Shown: positions 1 to 11,231 of the stretch, one piece after another | Numbering within the stretch: the stretch's first letter is position 1 | Layout of the letters: each line of letters begins with the position of its first letter | Source of the DNA: a bacterium | Lineage (GTDB): Bacteria; Bacillota; DTU030; JBMNJR01 | Length of the DNA stretch: 64,000 nucleotides | Assembly (NCBI GenBank): GCA_050951765.1 | Contig: JBMNJR010000009.1 | Location: 8,547 to 72,546, forward strand | Direction of reading: 5' to 3' | Notes under the pieces: model-generated | Seen by the model: the letters and a program-made list of their open reading frames with translations, nothing else | The model's database searches: none | Told to the model about the DNA's origin: nothing | Position numbers and translations under genes: made by a program

Positions 1-282
1 GATGGTAGTGTAGTAGCAAACATCAGCACCAATACAGCAATATCTATTTGTGATCTTTATAAGAAACTTGTGGATATTATTGGATTTAATTCGAAGCTTG
101 TCTATGAACCTTTTAGAACCGGCGATTTGAAATCTAGCCAATTGGCGAATGAAAAGGCGAAACAATATCTTGGTTGGCAGCCACGGTTTATGATCGGACA
201 AGGCTTAGTAAAAACAATAACTTATTATGAAAAGAAGCTTGCTAGGATTATAAATAAAGAGCAAATTGACGCAAGTCTTTAA
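1..282 (+). CDS. NAD-dependent epimerase/dehydratase, C-terminal part (5' truncated by window)
   Basis: Frame open from base 1: ...NISTNTAISICDL...EPFRTGDLKSSQLANEKAKQYLGWQP, a typical GalE-like C-terminus. Confidence 0.8.
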   Translation, partial: DGSVVANISTNTAISICDLYKKLVDIIGFNSKLVYEPFRTGDLKSSQLANEKAKQYLGWQPRFMIGQGLVKTITYYEKKLARIINKEQIDASL

Positions 283-284
283 GG

Positions 285-1712
285 ATGAGATATATGAGAA
301 ATGGTAGGCTAACAAAGTCATTACGAATAGGGTTAATTGTTGGTGATATAGTACTTATTACATTGGGTTACTTCTTAGCCTTTTGGATTCGATTTGCTTT
401 CCAACCGCCAACAGTAAACTTACAACCTTACATACGCTTGTTACCTTTAATTGTATTTTTTGCTTTAGCATTTTTTAACGTATACGGTTTATACCAAATA
501 GAACGAAAGAATTTTGTAGATATTGGTTCTTCATTGATTTTATCTATTTTTTTACTTGGTATTTTTATAATGGCATCATCTTTCTTTTTTCGTGCTTTTT
601 CCTTTCCCCGTAGTGTTATTTTACTAGGCGGTATTATCCAATTAATATTGTTATTAATTTGGCGGAGGCTTGTTTGGATTTTTAGCAAAGCGCTGCATGG
701 TACCAAGAAGATTTTAGTGGTGGGTAAACAAGATATCGCCGCTCAAGTAATTGAGAAGTTTAGTTCTCATACAAAAGACTGGTTTAAGGTTGTAAGTGTT
801 ATTAGTGGGGAAAATAAAGAAATCTTAAAGCAAAAGTTAGAGGAAGTTGATTTAGTAATACTTTGTCCGGATTTATCCGCTGAAGTTAAGTATCAGGTAA
901 CTAGCCTCTGCGTTGCCGAAAATAAGTCTATGTTAGTAATTCCTGAACTATACGATATTCTTCTCTTTAAGGCAAAAACATTTCGCGTTGATGACCTGCC
1001 ATTGTTTGAGTTAGAACCAATTGCTTTATCATGGGATCAACAAGTAACGAAGCGTTTGCTAGATATTTCAGTGGCGAGTATAGCTTTATTATTTGCCATT
1101 CCATTATTCATAGTTGTAGCTATTCTAATTAAAGTTACATCTCCGGGACCAGTATTCTTCATTCAAGAGCGTATCGGTGTGAATGGCGATAAATTCGCTG
1201 TCTATAAATTTCGGACCATGATCGATAAAGCAGAAAAATTGACAGGACCGGTTTTAGCTACAGAGAATGACCCTCGCATTACAAAGATAGGTAAAATTCT
1301 CCGCAATACCAGAATGGACGAGCTACCCCAATTAATTAATGTACTTAAGGGCGACATGAGCATTGTCGGCCCGCGACCGGAAAGGCCTGTGTTTGTAAGT
1401 GAGTTTACTGCCTCAGATCCAACATTTGGACATCGGCTGAAGGTTAAACCAGGGATTACCGGTTTAGCTCAGGTATCGGGGAAATATAGTACTGAACCTG
1501 AGAACAAGTTGCGTTACGATTTATTATATATTCGAAATTATTCTCTCGGATTAGACTTAAAAATCATCTTACAAACTTTAAAAACAGTATTGACCAAAGA
1601 ACAGGCAAATGGTGTTCAAATACTGAACCAAGGCAATAAATATGAAAACCCAAGCAGGTCGTCAATCAGACCAGCACCACAGGTTAGCAAATCGAATAAC
1701 CCTACTATGTAA
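285..1712 (+). CDS. Polyprenyl-phosphate sugar phosphotransferase (WcaJ/WbaP-type priming glycosyltransferase)
   Basis: N-terminal TM helices, KRLLDI, KFRTM, DELPQLINVLKGDMSIVGPRPER, KPGITGLAQV motifs. Confidence 0.93.
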   Translation: MRYMRNGRLTKSLRIGLIVGDIVLITLGYFLAFWIRFAFQPPTVNLQPYIRLLPLIVFFALAFFNVYGLYQIERKNFVDIGSSLILSIFLLGIFIMASSFFFRAFSFPRSVILLGGIIQLILLLIWRRLVWIFSKALHGTKKILVVGKQDIAAQVIEKFSSHTKDWFKVVSVISGENKEILKQKLEEVDLVILCPDLSAEVKYQVTSLCVAENKSMLVIPELYDILLFKAKTFRVDDLPLFELEPIALSWDQQVTKRLLDISVASIALLFAIPLFIVVAILIKVTSPGPVFFIQERIGVNGDKFAVYKFRTMIDKAEKLTGPVLATENDPRITKIGKILRNTRMDELPQLINVLKGDMSIVGPRPERPVFVSEFTASDPTFGHRLKVKPGITGLAQVSGKYSTEPENKLRYDLLYIRNYSLGLDLKIILQTLKTVLTKEQANGVQILNQGNKYENPSRSSIRPAPQVSKSNNPTM

Positions 1713-1766
1713 TAACCTTAAAATTTTTTGGGAGCATTGTCAGTAGCAGAAACTAGCAAGGAAGGT

Positions 1767-3341
1767 ATGGACAAAATGACCTCATACAAATCCATGGCAA
1801 AAGCAGCAGCAATGATATCTGTTTTAAGTGTTATAAGCAAGATACTAGGCTTTGGCCGGGAAGTCGCCTTAGCTGCGGTGTTTGGAAATAGTTATCAAAC
1901 AGACGCCTATTTGGTGGCCATGGCTATTCCAACTGCTATTCTGGCTAATGTTTTTGGTTCACTAAAGACTACCATAATCCCTGTCTATACCAAGAGGTTA
2001 GATAAAGATCCCGCAGATGCTAAGCAATTTGTAAACTCTTTATTTATTGCAACTGGGGCTGTTGCCTTGGTTGTAATGGCAATAGGTTATCTTTTTGCCC
2101 CGTTTATCGTACATTTGTTAGCACCCGGATTTACAGATGAAGTATATAACCTAACTGTAAAGTTGTCGCGAATTCTTGTACCGGCAGTACCTTTTGTTGC
2201 TTTAACAGCAGCTGCTACCGGAGTTTTACACTCCCATAAAGCCTTCTTTTGGCCGGCAGTAATCGGGTTCCCTTATAATATTATTCTTATAACAGGTATG
2301 TTAGTTTTTGGTGCCCGTTATGGGGTTGAAGCTGTAGCGGTAGCATTAGTTTTGGCTATTGCCAGCCAGTTTGCTATGCAGGTACCGGGTCTAATAAAAG
2401 CGAAGGCTTTTAGCCGGGAAAGGTTTCAAGCATTTCATCCCGGTCTAATAGAAATAGCTGTACTCACCGGTCCGATCTTGATTGGTCTTATAGGTAATGA
2501 AATTAATTTAATTGTAGATCGAATGCTGGCATCCACTTTAGCCGAGGGTAGTATTTCAGCCCTAAATTTCGCTAAGCGCCTCTGGCAAATGCCCAATGGT
2601 CTTTTTGGTGTGGCGGTATTTACCGTATTTTACCCTGAGCTGTCCCGCTTGGCAGCAGCTGCACAAAGTAAAGAATTTAAGCGCTGTTTTCAGCGGGCAG
2701 TGACATCAGTATTGTTTATGCTTACGCCCATGATGGTTGGGCTCATGGTACTTAGAAAACCAATAGTGGAGGTGCTATTTGAGTGGGGCGCTTTTGACCG
2801 GGCGGCTACCGAAGCTACAGCCATAGCTTTGTTATTTTACTCTCTCGGGTTAGTAGCCGTAGCCCTGCGCCAACTTTTAGCCCGGACCTTTTATAGTTTG
2901 CACGATACCAGAACACCGGTGCTCATTTCCCTCAGTTGCATATCGTTGAATATTATATTTAATTTATTATTAATTAGGCCAATGGGTCATGGTGGTTTAG
3001 CCCTGGCAACATCTTTAGCCAATTTATTGGTTTTAGTGCCTATGTTTTATCTCCTTCGTCGTAAAGTAGGCAGCATTAACGGTCTAAAAATAACCAAGGA
3101 TGCCCTTAAGCTATTTACAGCTGCGGGGATTATGGGTCTTGCTGTTTGGTTTATCTATATAAATGTTGCCATTCTTTGGGCAACTGCATCGCGGTTTTTA
3201 CAGGCCGGTATCTTAGGGCTAATGATTGGATTTGGAGCAATGGTTTATTTTATCCTTTGTTATTTGTTTGGGATAGAAGAATTAATATTGTTGCTTAAAA
3301 CAATGCGGAAAAAGTTATTGGTTTTATGCAGGGCAAATTAA
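1767..3341 (+). CDS. murJ: MurJ/MviN-family lipid-linked glycan flippase
   Basis: SKILGFGRE, DAYLVA, FYSLHDTRTP, GHGGLALATS; start moved to ATG after AAGGAAGG. Confidence 0.9.
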   Translation: MDKMTSYKSMAKAAAMISVLSVISKILGFGREVALAAVFGNSYQTDAYLVAMAIPTAILANVFGSLKTTIIPVYTKRLDKDPADAKQFVNSLFIATGAVALVVMAIGYLFAPFIVHLLAPGFTDEVYNLTVKLSRILVPAVPFVALTAAATGVLHSHKAFFWPAVIGFPYNIILITGMLVFGARYGVEAVAVALVLAIASQFAMQVPGLIKAKAFSRERFQAFHPGLIEIAVLTGPILIGLIGNEINLIVDRMLASTLAEGSISALNFAKRLWQMPNGLFGVAVFTVFYPELSRLAAAAQSKEFKRCFQRAVTSVLFMLTPMMVGLMVLRKPIVEVLFEWGAFDRAATEATAIALLFYSLGLVAVALRQLLARTFYSLHDTRTPVLISLSCISLNIIFNLLLIRPMGHGGLALATSLANLLVLVPMFYLLRRKVGSINGLKITKDALKLFTAAGIMGLAVWFIYINVAILWATASRFLQAGILGLMIGFGAMVYFILCYLFGIEELILLLKTMRKKLLVLCRAN

Positions 3342-3354
3342 GGAGGAATCAACT

Positions 3355-4227
3355 ATGCAGCCAGTACGTAAGGCTATTATACCTGCAGCGGGGTTAGGTA
3401 CGCGTTTTCTGCCAGTAACTAAGGCACAGCCGAAGGAAATGCTGCCGATCTTAGATAAACCCACTATTCAATATATTGTGGAAGAGGCTATAGATTCGGG
3501 GATCGAAGATATTCTAATTATTACCGGTCGCGGGAAGAGGGCTATAGAAGATCATTTTGACCGCTCACTAGAGTTAGAACGAATTTTGGCTGAAAAAGGT
3601 CAAAACCATCTATTAGAGGCTATTCAGGAAATCGGCAATATCGAGATTCACTATATTAGGCAAAAGCAGCCCTTAGGTCTCGGACATGCTATTTATTGTG
3701 CTCGCAAGTTTATTGGAGAAGAGACGTTTGCAGTTTTATTGGGGGATGATATTGTAGCTGGCGGACCTAAGCCAGGTCTAAAACACCTGCTCGACTATTA
3801 TAATGATTTTGGTTACTCAGTTATAGGTGTTCAGGAGGTTAGCCCTCAAGAAGTAGAACGTTATGGCATTGTCAGGGGTGAAAAGGTAAAGCAAGACTTA
3901 TGGCGGGTTAAGGAATTGGTTGAAAAACCGCCGGCGGAGAAGGCGCCTTCCCGGGTAGCTATCATGGGTCGATATGTTATCACCCCGCGAATTTTTTCTT
4001 TATTAGAAGAAGCTAAGCCGGGGGCCGGTGGTGAAATTCAACTAACTGATTCTCTAAATAGATTGGCGCAAGAAGAACCAGTATATGCTTGTACATTTGC
4101 TGGTAAAAGATATGATGCTGGTGATTTATTAGGCTATTTACAGACTACAGTAGAATTTGCCTTACAGCGGGAAGACATAGCTGATGAATTCGCGGAATTT
4201 CTCCAGCGAGTTTTACAGAACAGATAG
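3355..4227 (+). CDS. galU: UTP--glucose-1-phosphate uridylyltransferase
   Basis: KAIIPAAGLGTRFLPVTKAQPKEMLP, GGEIQLTD. Confidence 0.95.
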   Translation: MQPVRKAIIPAAGLGTRFLPVTKAQPKEMLPILDKPTIQYIVEEAIDSGIEDILIITGRGKRAIEDHFDRSLELERILAEKGQNHLLEAIQEIGNIEIHYIRQKQPLGLGHAIYCARKFIGEETFAVLLGDDIVAGGPKPGLKHLLDYYNDFGYSVIGVQEVSPQEVERYGIVRGEKVKQDLWRVKELVEKPPAEKAPSRVAIMGRYVITPRIFSLLEEAKPGAGGEIQLTDSLNRLAQEEPVYACTFAGKRYDAGDLLGYLQTTVEFALQREDIADEFAEFLQRVLQNR

Positions 4228-4250
4228 GTTAGCAGAGGAAGTGGTTTTTT

Positions 4251-5678
4251 ATGGTGCAGATTAGATTTGGTACTGACGGATGGCGGGGTATTGTAGATGC
4301 AGATTTTACTGACACCAATGTTGCGCGAGTGGCAGAGGCTATTGTTGCTTATCTTTACCAGCAGACAGAAGTTAACTATAAGCAAGGTGTTGTAATAGGT
4401 TACGATAACCGCCCTTCATCTAACGGTTTTGCTAAGCTTGTAGCTGTGATTCTCACAAAAAATGATATTCCAGTTTATCTTAGTCGCAAAACAATACCGA
4501 CACCTGCTGTTGCATATGCCATAAAAGAAAAATGTTTGGCTGGGGGAATAATGATTACAGCTAGCCATAACCCTCCGCAATATAATGGCATAAAATTTAT
4601 ACCTCATTATGCAGGCCCTGCTACTGAAGATATTACCAAAGTTATAGAAGAAATATTGCCTGTGGAGACATGTAGTTTTACTGCGGAAGTAGAATCACTA
4701 CCTGATACTGTCGACATTTTTGATTGTGGGAAGCTGTATCTTGATTGTCTGCGCAGGCTTTCAGTTTATAATAATCATGATAAGAAGTTACGTATAGTGG
4801 TTGATCCCATGTACGGAAGCGGCAGCGGATATTTAGAAAAGCTGTTATGGGAATTAAACCATGAAGTAATAGTTATCCATGGGAATGAAGATGGCAAATT
4901 TGGTAGCTTGTTGCCGGAACCAAAGGAAAGCAATCTACATGAGTTAAGTAAAGCAGTTTTAGCTAATAAAGCAGATTTGGGGATTGCATTAGATGGTGAT
5001 GCCGATCGGTTCGGTTTTATTGATAGTAATGGAAAATATATTAGCCCTAACCAAATTTATGGACTAATGGCAGACTATATTGGGTCAAAGGCCCCGCAGA
5101 AAGCAACTTTTGCTCGCACCGTAGCTACTACCCATATGATTGATCGGGTAGGAGAAAGCCTTGGTTTAAATATTATTGAGACTCCGGTTGGGTTTAAGTA
5201 TATTGCGCAAGCAATGTTAAAAGAAAATGCAATTTTAGGTGCCGAAGAGAGTGGGGGTTTGGGGATTAATCAAGCAATACCAGAAAAAGATGGGATAACA
5301 GCGGGCTTATTGCTCGTACAAGTTTTATCTCGTTATAATGGTGGTATAAGTGAAGCATTAGAGTATATGCATAATAGATATGGGCGTTTAGTTAGTAAAC
5401 GGGTTGATATTTTATGTTCAGAAACGGAAAAAAGTAGGGTTCTTGTTAAGTTGGCGTCAGAACCACCATATCAATTGGCTGAACGTAGGATTAAAAGTGT
5501 GCTGAAGATTGATGGCTTAAAAGTAGTTCTTAGCGATAATGCTTGGTGTTTAATCAGACCTTCCGGTACAGAAAATATGATTCGGCTTTATGCGGAAGCT
5601 GAGAGCCAAGAGTTATTGGATCAGATCTTAGCTGAAGCAGCTAATTATTATCAACTTAAGGAGAAAAATGATGATTGA
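4251..5678 (+). CDS. Phosphoglucomutase/phosphomannomutase
   Basis: FGTDGWRG, TASHNP, DGDADR, RPSGTE. Confidence 0.93.
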   Translation: MVQIRFGTDGWRGIVDADFTDTNVARVAEAIVAYLYQQTEVNYKQGVVIGYDNRPSSNGFAKLVAVILTKNDIPVYLSRKTIPTPAVAYAIKEKCLAGGIMITASHNPPQYNGIKFIPHYAGPATEDITKVIEEILPVETCSFTAEVESLPDTVDIFDCGKLYLDCLRRLSVYNNHDKKLRIVVDPMYGSGSGYLEKLLWELNHEVIVIHGNEDGKFGSLLPEPKESNLHELSKAVLANKADLGIALDGDADRFGFIDSNGKYISPNQIYGLMADYIGSKAPQKATFARTVATTHMIDRVGESLGLNIIETPVGFKYIAQAMLKENAILGAEESGGLGINQAIPEKDGITAGLLLVQVLSRYNGGISEALEYMHNRYGRLVSKRVDILCSETEKSRVLVKLASEPPYQLAERRIKSVLKIDGLKVVLSDNAWCLIRPSGTENMIRLYAEAESQELLDQILAEAANYYQLKEKNDD

Positions 5679-6438
5679 TTTAAGTCAGGTCTCAGGACTT
5701 CCGATAAAATTGAATAAAGATTGTACTCTCACATTTGGGCGCGGGTTGCCTGTTGTAGAACCGGCAGTGCGAACAGGAAAACAAATGAAACCAGTATTGT
5801 TGGCTGCCAATGCTGTGGCAGATAAGGAAATTCTTTATTATATGTACCGGGATATATGCTTACCAGAGCAGCGTGAACTTTTTACGAAATATCGGGTTCG
5901 TTATGATATCACTATTTTGAAGCCAGGAAAGATTGGAGATGAATTTATTAAAACCTTTGGCCATTATCATCCTAAAAAGCCGGGAACGTCTGTTACATAT
6001 GGGGAGTTATATCAAGTTTTGTATGGAACGGCTGGCTTTTTACTTCAAGAAAAAGGGCAAAAACCACAGGAAATAATAGATGTGATTTTTATTGAAGCTG
6101 ATCCAGGCGCTGTTATTACCATACCACCAGGCTATGGACATATAACAGTAAATATTGGTTCTGAACCTTTGGTAGTAGCAAACCTTGTTTGTCCAGATTT
6201 TAAGTCTGATTATGTTACATATGTAAAATTTGGTGGTGGGGCAGTTTATATAAGCTCAACAGTTGAGGGTATTGAGTTTATAAATAATAATAACTATTTA
6301 TCCATACCTCAATTACGCCATAGTAAAGTTTTTGTGAAAGAGCAAGGTATTTATCAGCGTTTTTTTACACAGCCACAGGAGATGCGTTTTTTAGTTGAAC
6401 CGGAATGGTATGAAGCTAAAGCACTGCTGGGCAGTTAG
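5668..6438 (+). CDS. Cupin-type (archaeal-like) glucose-6-phosphate isomerase family protein
   Basis: RYDITIL, KTFGHYH, ELYQVLYG, IPPGYGH cupin motifs. Confidence 0.85.
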   Translation: MMIDLSQVSGLPIKLNKDCTLTFGRGLPVVEPAVRTGKQMKPVLLAANAVADKEILYYMYRDICLPEQRELFTKYRVRYDITILKPGKIGDEFIKTFGHYHPKKPGTSVTYGELYQVLYGTAGFLLQEKGQKPQEIIDVIFIEADPGAVITIPPGYGHITVNIGSEPLVVANLVCPDFKSDYVTYVKFGGGAVYISSTVEGIEFINNNNYLSIPQLRHSKVFVKEQGIYQRFFTQPQEMRFLVEPEWYEAKALLGS

Positions 6439-6485
6439 CTCTATTGAAATAATAGGTTGTTCATTTTACCGTTAGGGATTTTGTA

Positions 6486-7445
6486 ATGATGTCTCCTGTA
6501 GGGGGTATAAATTTGATAATAAAAACCGGTAGCTCTGGTAAAGTAAATGATTTCGCTAAATTCATCCTTGAACCGGTATTGCCGAAAATAGATAAATTTA
6601 CTAATTATAGTTTAACAAAGTGGAGATTTAAAAAGAAGTTAGGTTATGAGCTTAATCTGCAAAATCCGAGAACATTTAATGAAAAGATTGTATGGAAAAA
6701 ACTAAATGATCGAAACCCACTTTTGCCAATAGTAGCAGATAAATACCGTGTATGAGAATATGTTGAAGAAGTATTAGGTGCTGAACTGGCAAAAGAAGTT
6801 ATGATACCCTTAGTGTGTGTTACAAATAACCCTGCAGAAATACCAAATAAAGAATTACCTGAAGAATATATTATTAAGCCAAACCATGCTTCAGGTCGCT
6901 ATATTATTGTTGAAAAAGGTGATGTCCCTGATTGGAAAAAAATAATTGCTATTTGTGAGAAATGGCTTCGCATGCCATATGGTTTAGCTAAGCATGAATG
7001 GGCATATCAACAGATTAAACCAATGATTGTTGTAGAGATATTATTGAGGGATGAAGATGGTAAGGTACCAATGGATTATAAATTGTTTATGTTTCAGGGC
7101 AAATGTAAGTTAGTGCAAGTCAATTGTGATCGTTTCTCTATGCATACAAAGAGTCTTTTTGATGAAAACTGGAAATATTTAGACATTATGTATAACTTGC
7201 CTAAAGGGTTTTATGTTGAGAAACCAGCCAACTTTTCAAAAATGTTAACCGTTGCTGAGAAATTAAGTAAACCATTTGACTTTGTGAGGGTCGATTTTTA
7301 TTCTATTGGAAATAAATTATTTGTTGGAGAATTGACTAATTATCCTGAGTCCGGTATGGGTCGGTTTTATCCACAAAGTTTTGATGTAGAGCTAGGTGAA
7401 TATTTAGTTATACAACCTAAGTATTGGGAAAATAGAAGGTGCTAA
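6486..7445 (+). pseudogene. TupA-like ATP-grasp amidoligase interrupted by an in-frame TGA at 6753-6755
   Basis: NPRTFNEKI..ADKYRV*EYV..IIKPNHASG..DYK..FVRVDFY..GELT, all in one frame. Confidence 0.85.
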
Positions 7446-7577
7446 GCTCTAATATTTTGTGAAATTATACTTATACTTGTTCTTTGCGGAGGATTATAAA
7501 TACTATAAGTATCTTTGGTAAAAATCAAAGAGGTTATTACAGTGAATTGTGCATGAAGTGATGCGAGGGGGTAGTAC

Positions 7578-8735
7578 ATGGTGGAGGGAGAACTGGTTTA
7601 CACTGCTTATGCAGATTTAGGATCAACTTATGGTGGCGGCCCCCAAAGCACTTTTATTTGGCGTGCATTATTAGATGAAGGGCTTTTAGCGCAGGCATAT
7701 TTTAGAATGGTTAAAGGTGAAGGGCCTTTTCAAAAAACAAGTGGTATATATCCGTTTGGACAATTCGGAGGCAAAATAGTAGGTGTAGCTAGCGAGTTAT
7801 TTGGTTATTCTTCTAGATTTGTAAATGAAATGATCTTTGATTTTTTCGTTGCGAGAGTATTGCGGAAAAAGGAGAGAAAAATCTTATTAACATCCGCTAT
7901 AATGCCGAAAAGTGCTAATATAGTTAAAGAGAATGGTGGCAAAATAATCTTTATCGCTAAAAACTCGTTGGGTTATGCAACTATTGTTGAAGAGGAAAGT
8001 AAATATTGGGACTATCCGATTAAACCAGCACAATTAGTATATGGTCGTGAATATGATAAATGGGTTTTAGATATTCCAGATTTGGTATTAACTTTAGCCC
8101 ATAAAGATGTAGATTTTTTGAAGTCGAAAGGCATAAATGCGGTGCATATCCTGAATGGTGTAAATTCGAAAAGGTTTGCATTTAATGCCATGAAAAAGAG
8201 TACAGACTGTCCAACATTCTTATTTTTAGGTGCTGAACCACTGAGAAAAGGTTTATTTTATTTACTTTCAGCTTGGAAGATGGCGGGCGAACCAGGTCGT
8301 TTAGTGGTTGGTGGTGTTGGCAGTCAAATGAGAAAAATTAAAAAGTACATACATTATAAGTTGGGCAATTTTAAACGTCTTGAATTATATCCATATTTAG
8401 ACTCTTTATCTGCATACTATAATGCAGACGCATTTGTTTTTCCGACTCTCGCTGAGGGTATGCCGCGTGTAGTATTAGAAGCTGCTAGCTGTGGTCTTCC
8501 AGTTATTACGACTGATATAGGTTCCGGTGGAATAATAAATCATCTTAAGACAGGTTATATAGTTATGAAAAGGGATATAGCTGGTTTAGCTAAGGCGATA
8601 TTATATTTGGCGGATAATGCGAATGTTAGACGAGAACTTGGTTTATCTGCTAGGCTTATAATTGATTCTGTACAATACAATAATTTTGCAAAACAGATAG
8701 CAGATAATGTGAAAGAATTTATGAATTTTGCTTGA
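7578..8735 (+). CDS. Glycosyltransferase family 4
   Basis: EGMPRVVLEAASCGLPVI (EX7E) motif. Confidence 0.88.
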   Translation: MVEGELVYTAYADLGSTYGGGPQSTFIWRALLDEGLLAQAYFRMVKGEGPFQKTSGIYPFGQFGGKIVGVASELFGYSSRFVNEMIFDFFVARVLRKKERKILLTSAIMPKSANIVKENGGKIIFIAKNSLGYATIVEEESKYWDYPIKPAQLVYGREYDKWVLDIPDLVLTLAHKDVDFLKSKGINAVHILNGVNSKRFAFNAMKKSTDCPTFLFLGAEPLRKGLFYLLSAWKMAGEPGRLVVGGVGSQMRKIKKYIHYKLGNFKRLELYPYLDSLSAYYNADAFVFPTLAEGMPRVVLEAASCGLPVITTDIGSGGIINHLKTGYIVMKRDIAGLAKAILYLADNANVRRELGLSARLIIDSVQYNNFAKQIADNVKEFMNFA

Positions 8736-8804
8736 TATTGTTTTATATGTATAAAATTATTTTTATTATGCCCGGCTCTTGAAAAATTAGAAAAATAATT
8801 TGAA

Positions 8805-10040
8805 TTGGGGTTTAACAATGGAGGAATTATGTTGGCAAAGTTTTCATGTGATAAGTCACGGATATATGAGGGAATAATTTTACTAGCTATTTTTTTGTCC
8901 CCATTCCTAACTTGGCGAATTGGTGCGATTAATTATAATTATAGTGATTTACTCTTTTCACTTAGTGCGGTATTTTTGTTTATACAGTATTCTTATAAAA
9001 TATCATTCAGTATGCCTATTTTATTATGGTTTTTAGGTAGTAATATATTGATATTATTTTTGGGTGTTAGTTCTTTAATTCAAGCTAATAATATACAAAA
9101 TTCTATTATAGTAATTTTACAGTATGGATTTTCCATTTTTTTATTACCTATAATATTATTAAAATTAGATGATAAAGCATTATGTAAGTGTATTAAAGCG
9201 TGGTTAATTGCTGTTGCGATAATTGGTTTTAAAGCATTATTAATGGCTTATGGTTTTATTGATCCGGCGCTTTTATCAGGAAATATGATGTCAGGATACC
9301 GATATGCAAGTTTTATGGAAAATCCTAATACATTAGCTAAAGCTATTTCAATTTCTATAGCATTAATTTTATTGTTAAATAGTACTACTTATAAAATAAA
9401 ATCGAAGTTTAATTGTGGATTTATTTTTTTAGGCTATATTGGTGGACTAGTAGCTTCAAGTTCCTTCGCGGGATTGATATCCGCATTATTTGTAATATGT
9501 ATATATAGCATGTTTTCATTAAATAGGAGAGTAATTTTTACTTTATTTATATTAGTGCTTGCAATGATATTGTTTATTGTTTGGTTTGATTTTTTAATTC
9601 CTGATGTTTTTCAAAGACGGGTAATTAGATTAATATATTCAAGAGACTATAGCTCTGCTGGAAGCTTTTTAGAAAGGGTTGATAGAATTTACGAAGCTTT
9701 GTTAATAATTGATAGAGATGTGCTCTTTGGAATTGGAGCGGATGGGTATCGTGATATTGCTCCGTTAGTTCACAATACTTTTTTACTTGTTTTTGCGGAA
9801 GGTGGTATTTTTGCATTATTAGGTTTTTTATTGTTGTTGTTAAGTGTTAGTATTTCTGCTGTGAAGTTATGGTTAATAAATTATTCATTAGGTGTAGCTG
9901 CAGTAGCTGTGATTAGTGTCTTCGCCTTAAATGCTTTGACGACTAACCATTTATATGGACGACACTGGATTATTCCTCTATTTTTGGGTTTTGTATTAAT
10001 GGAAAGGATAATTCATAATAGTAGTTTGTTAGAGGAGTAG
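8805..10040 (+). CDS. O-antigen ligase/Wzy-like polymerase
   Basis: Polytopic membrane protein with NPN and HNTFL..AEGGIF motifs; very AT-rich. Confidence 0.8.
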   Translation: MGFNNGGIMLAKFSCDKSRIYEGIILLAIFLSPFLTWRIGAINYNYSDLLFSLSAVFLFIQYSYKISFSMPILLWFLGSNILILFLGVSSLIQANNIQNSIIVILQYGFSIFLLPIILLKLDDKALCKCIKAWLIAVAIIGFKALLMAYGFIDPALLSGNMMSGYRYASFMENPNTLAKAISISIALILLLNSTTYKIKSKFNCGFIFLGYIGGLVASSSFAGLISALFVICIYSMFSLNRRVIFTLFILVLAMILFIVWFDFLIPDVFQRRVIRLIYSRDYSSAGSFLERVDRIYEALLIIDRDVLFGIGADGYRDIAPLVHNTFLLVFAEGGIFALLGFLLLLLSVSISAVKLWLINYSLGVAAVAVISVFALNALTTNHLYGRHWIIPLFLGFVLMERIIHNSSLLEE

Positions 10041-10089
10041 TATAGTGTGTATTCTAATAAATTATAGTGAAGCTGGTGATCTTAAATTT

Positions 10090-11227
10090 ATGTTAATTTC
10101 CTATTTGGTGACAAGTTTAAATGTAGGCGGGGCAGAGATGATGCTCTATAGGCTATTACAGAAATTAAATAGAGAAAAATATGAGCCTGTTGTAGTTAGT
10201 TTATTGCCTTTAGGCGAGATAGCGAAAAAAATAGATTCTATTGGGGTTAGAGTATATAGCTTAAATATGCAAACAAAATTTGATATTACTGTGCTTCTTA
10301 AACTGTATGTTTTACTAAAGAAGCTACAACCTGATATTCTTCATACTCAACTTTTCCATGCTAATTTTTTAGGCCGCATTATTGGTAGAGCAGCTGGCGT
10401 ACCTGTAATAATCTCTAGTATTCGTAATACAGTTTTTGGTGGGAGGTTTAGAGAGCTTTTAATAAAATGGACAGATTGGTGTGCCATGAGAACAACCACT
10501 ATTTGCAAGGCAGCAGGATGACAGGATGGTTGAGCAGGGGATTGTCCCTGCAAACAAGTTGGAAGTAATATATAATGGTATTGAGATAAAAGAGTATGAC
10601 AATTTGATATCTACTGAGGAAAAACATCAGTTACTTAATGAAATAGGCATATCTGATGATCGACCTCTGATTTTAGCAGTAGGAAGATTAGAGCAACAGA
10701 AGGGATATCCATATCTTTTAGAAGCTATGAGGCTGTTGAAATTACAAGGTCAGCCTTTTTTTCTCGCTATAGCCGGTCGAGGAAAGCTCAAAGCTGAACT
10801 AGAAAAGAAGGTTGGGGAATATGGTTTACAAAGTGAAGTTTGTTTTTTAGGGGTAAGGGATGATGTACTCCGCTTAATGGCTGTTGCCGATATGCTTGTA
10901 TTGAGTTCTATTTGGGAAGGACTTCCGGGGGTAGTGTTAGAGGCGATGGCTTCAGGGTTACCGGTAGTCGCTACTGCTGTTGGGGGTTCGCCGGAACTTG
11001 TAATAGAAGGCAAAACCGGTTTTCTTGTACCACCTAAAGATCCGGTGTCTTTAACAGAGTCTATTGCTAAAGTGTTATCTTTATCAGCAGAAGAACGTTT
11101 GCAAATGGGACAAGCAGCTAGAGTTCGAGTGAAAGAGAATTTTACCTTAGAGAAAATGGTTGCTTCTTATGAGGAACTTTATAAAAAGTGCTTACAAGAA
11201 AAAGGTTTATGGATGATTAGGAGGTAA
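10090..11227 (+). CDS. Glycosyltransferase family 4, +1 frameshift near 10517 (probably a sequencing error)
   Basis: N-half GGAEMML..HTQLFHA (ORF to 10521) and C-half EGLPGVVLEAMA (10526-11227) are contiguous halves. Confidence 0.85.
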
Positions 11228-11231
11228 CAAG

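Noticed and set aside
6753-6755. Selenocysteine or genetic-code reassignment at the in-frame TGA
   Set aside because: The position corresponds to Arg rather than Cys, no obvious SECIS follows, and TGA is a normal stop in other genes (thiI, GT4)
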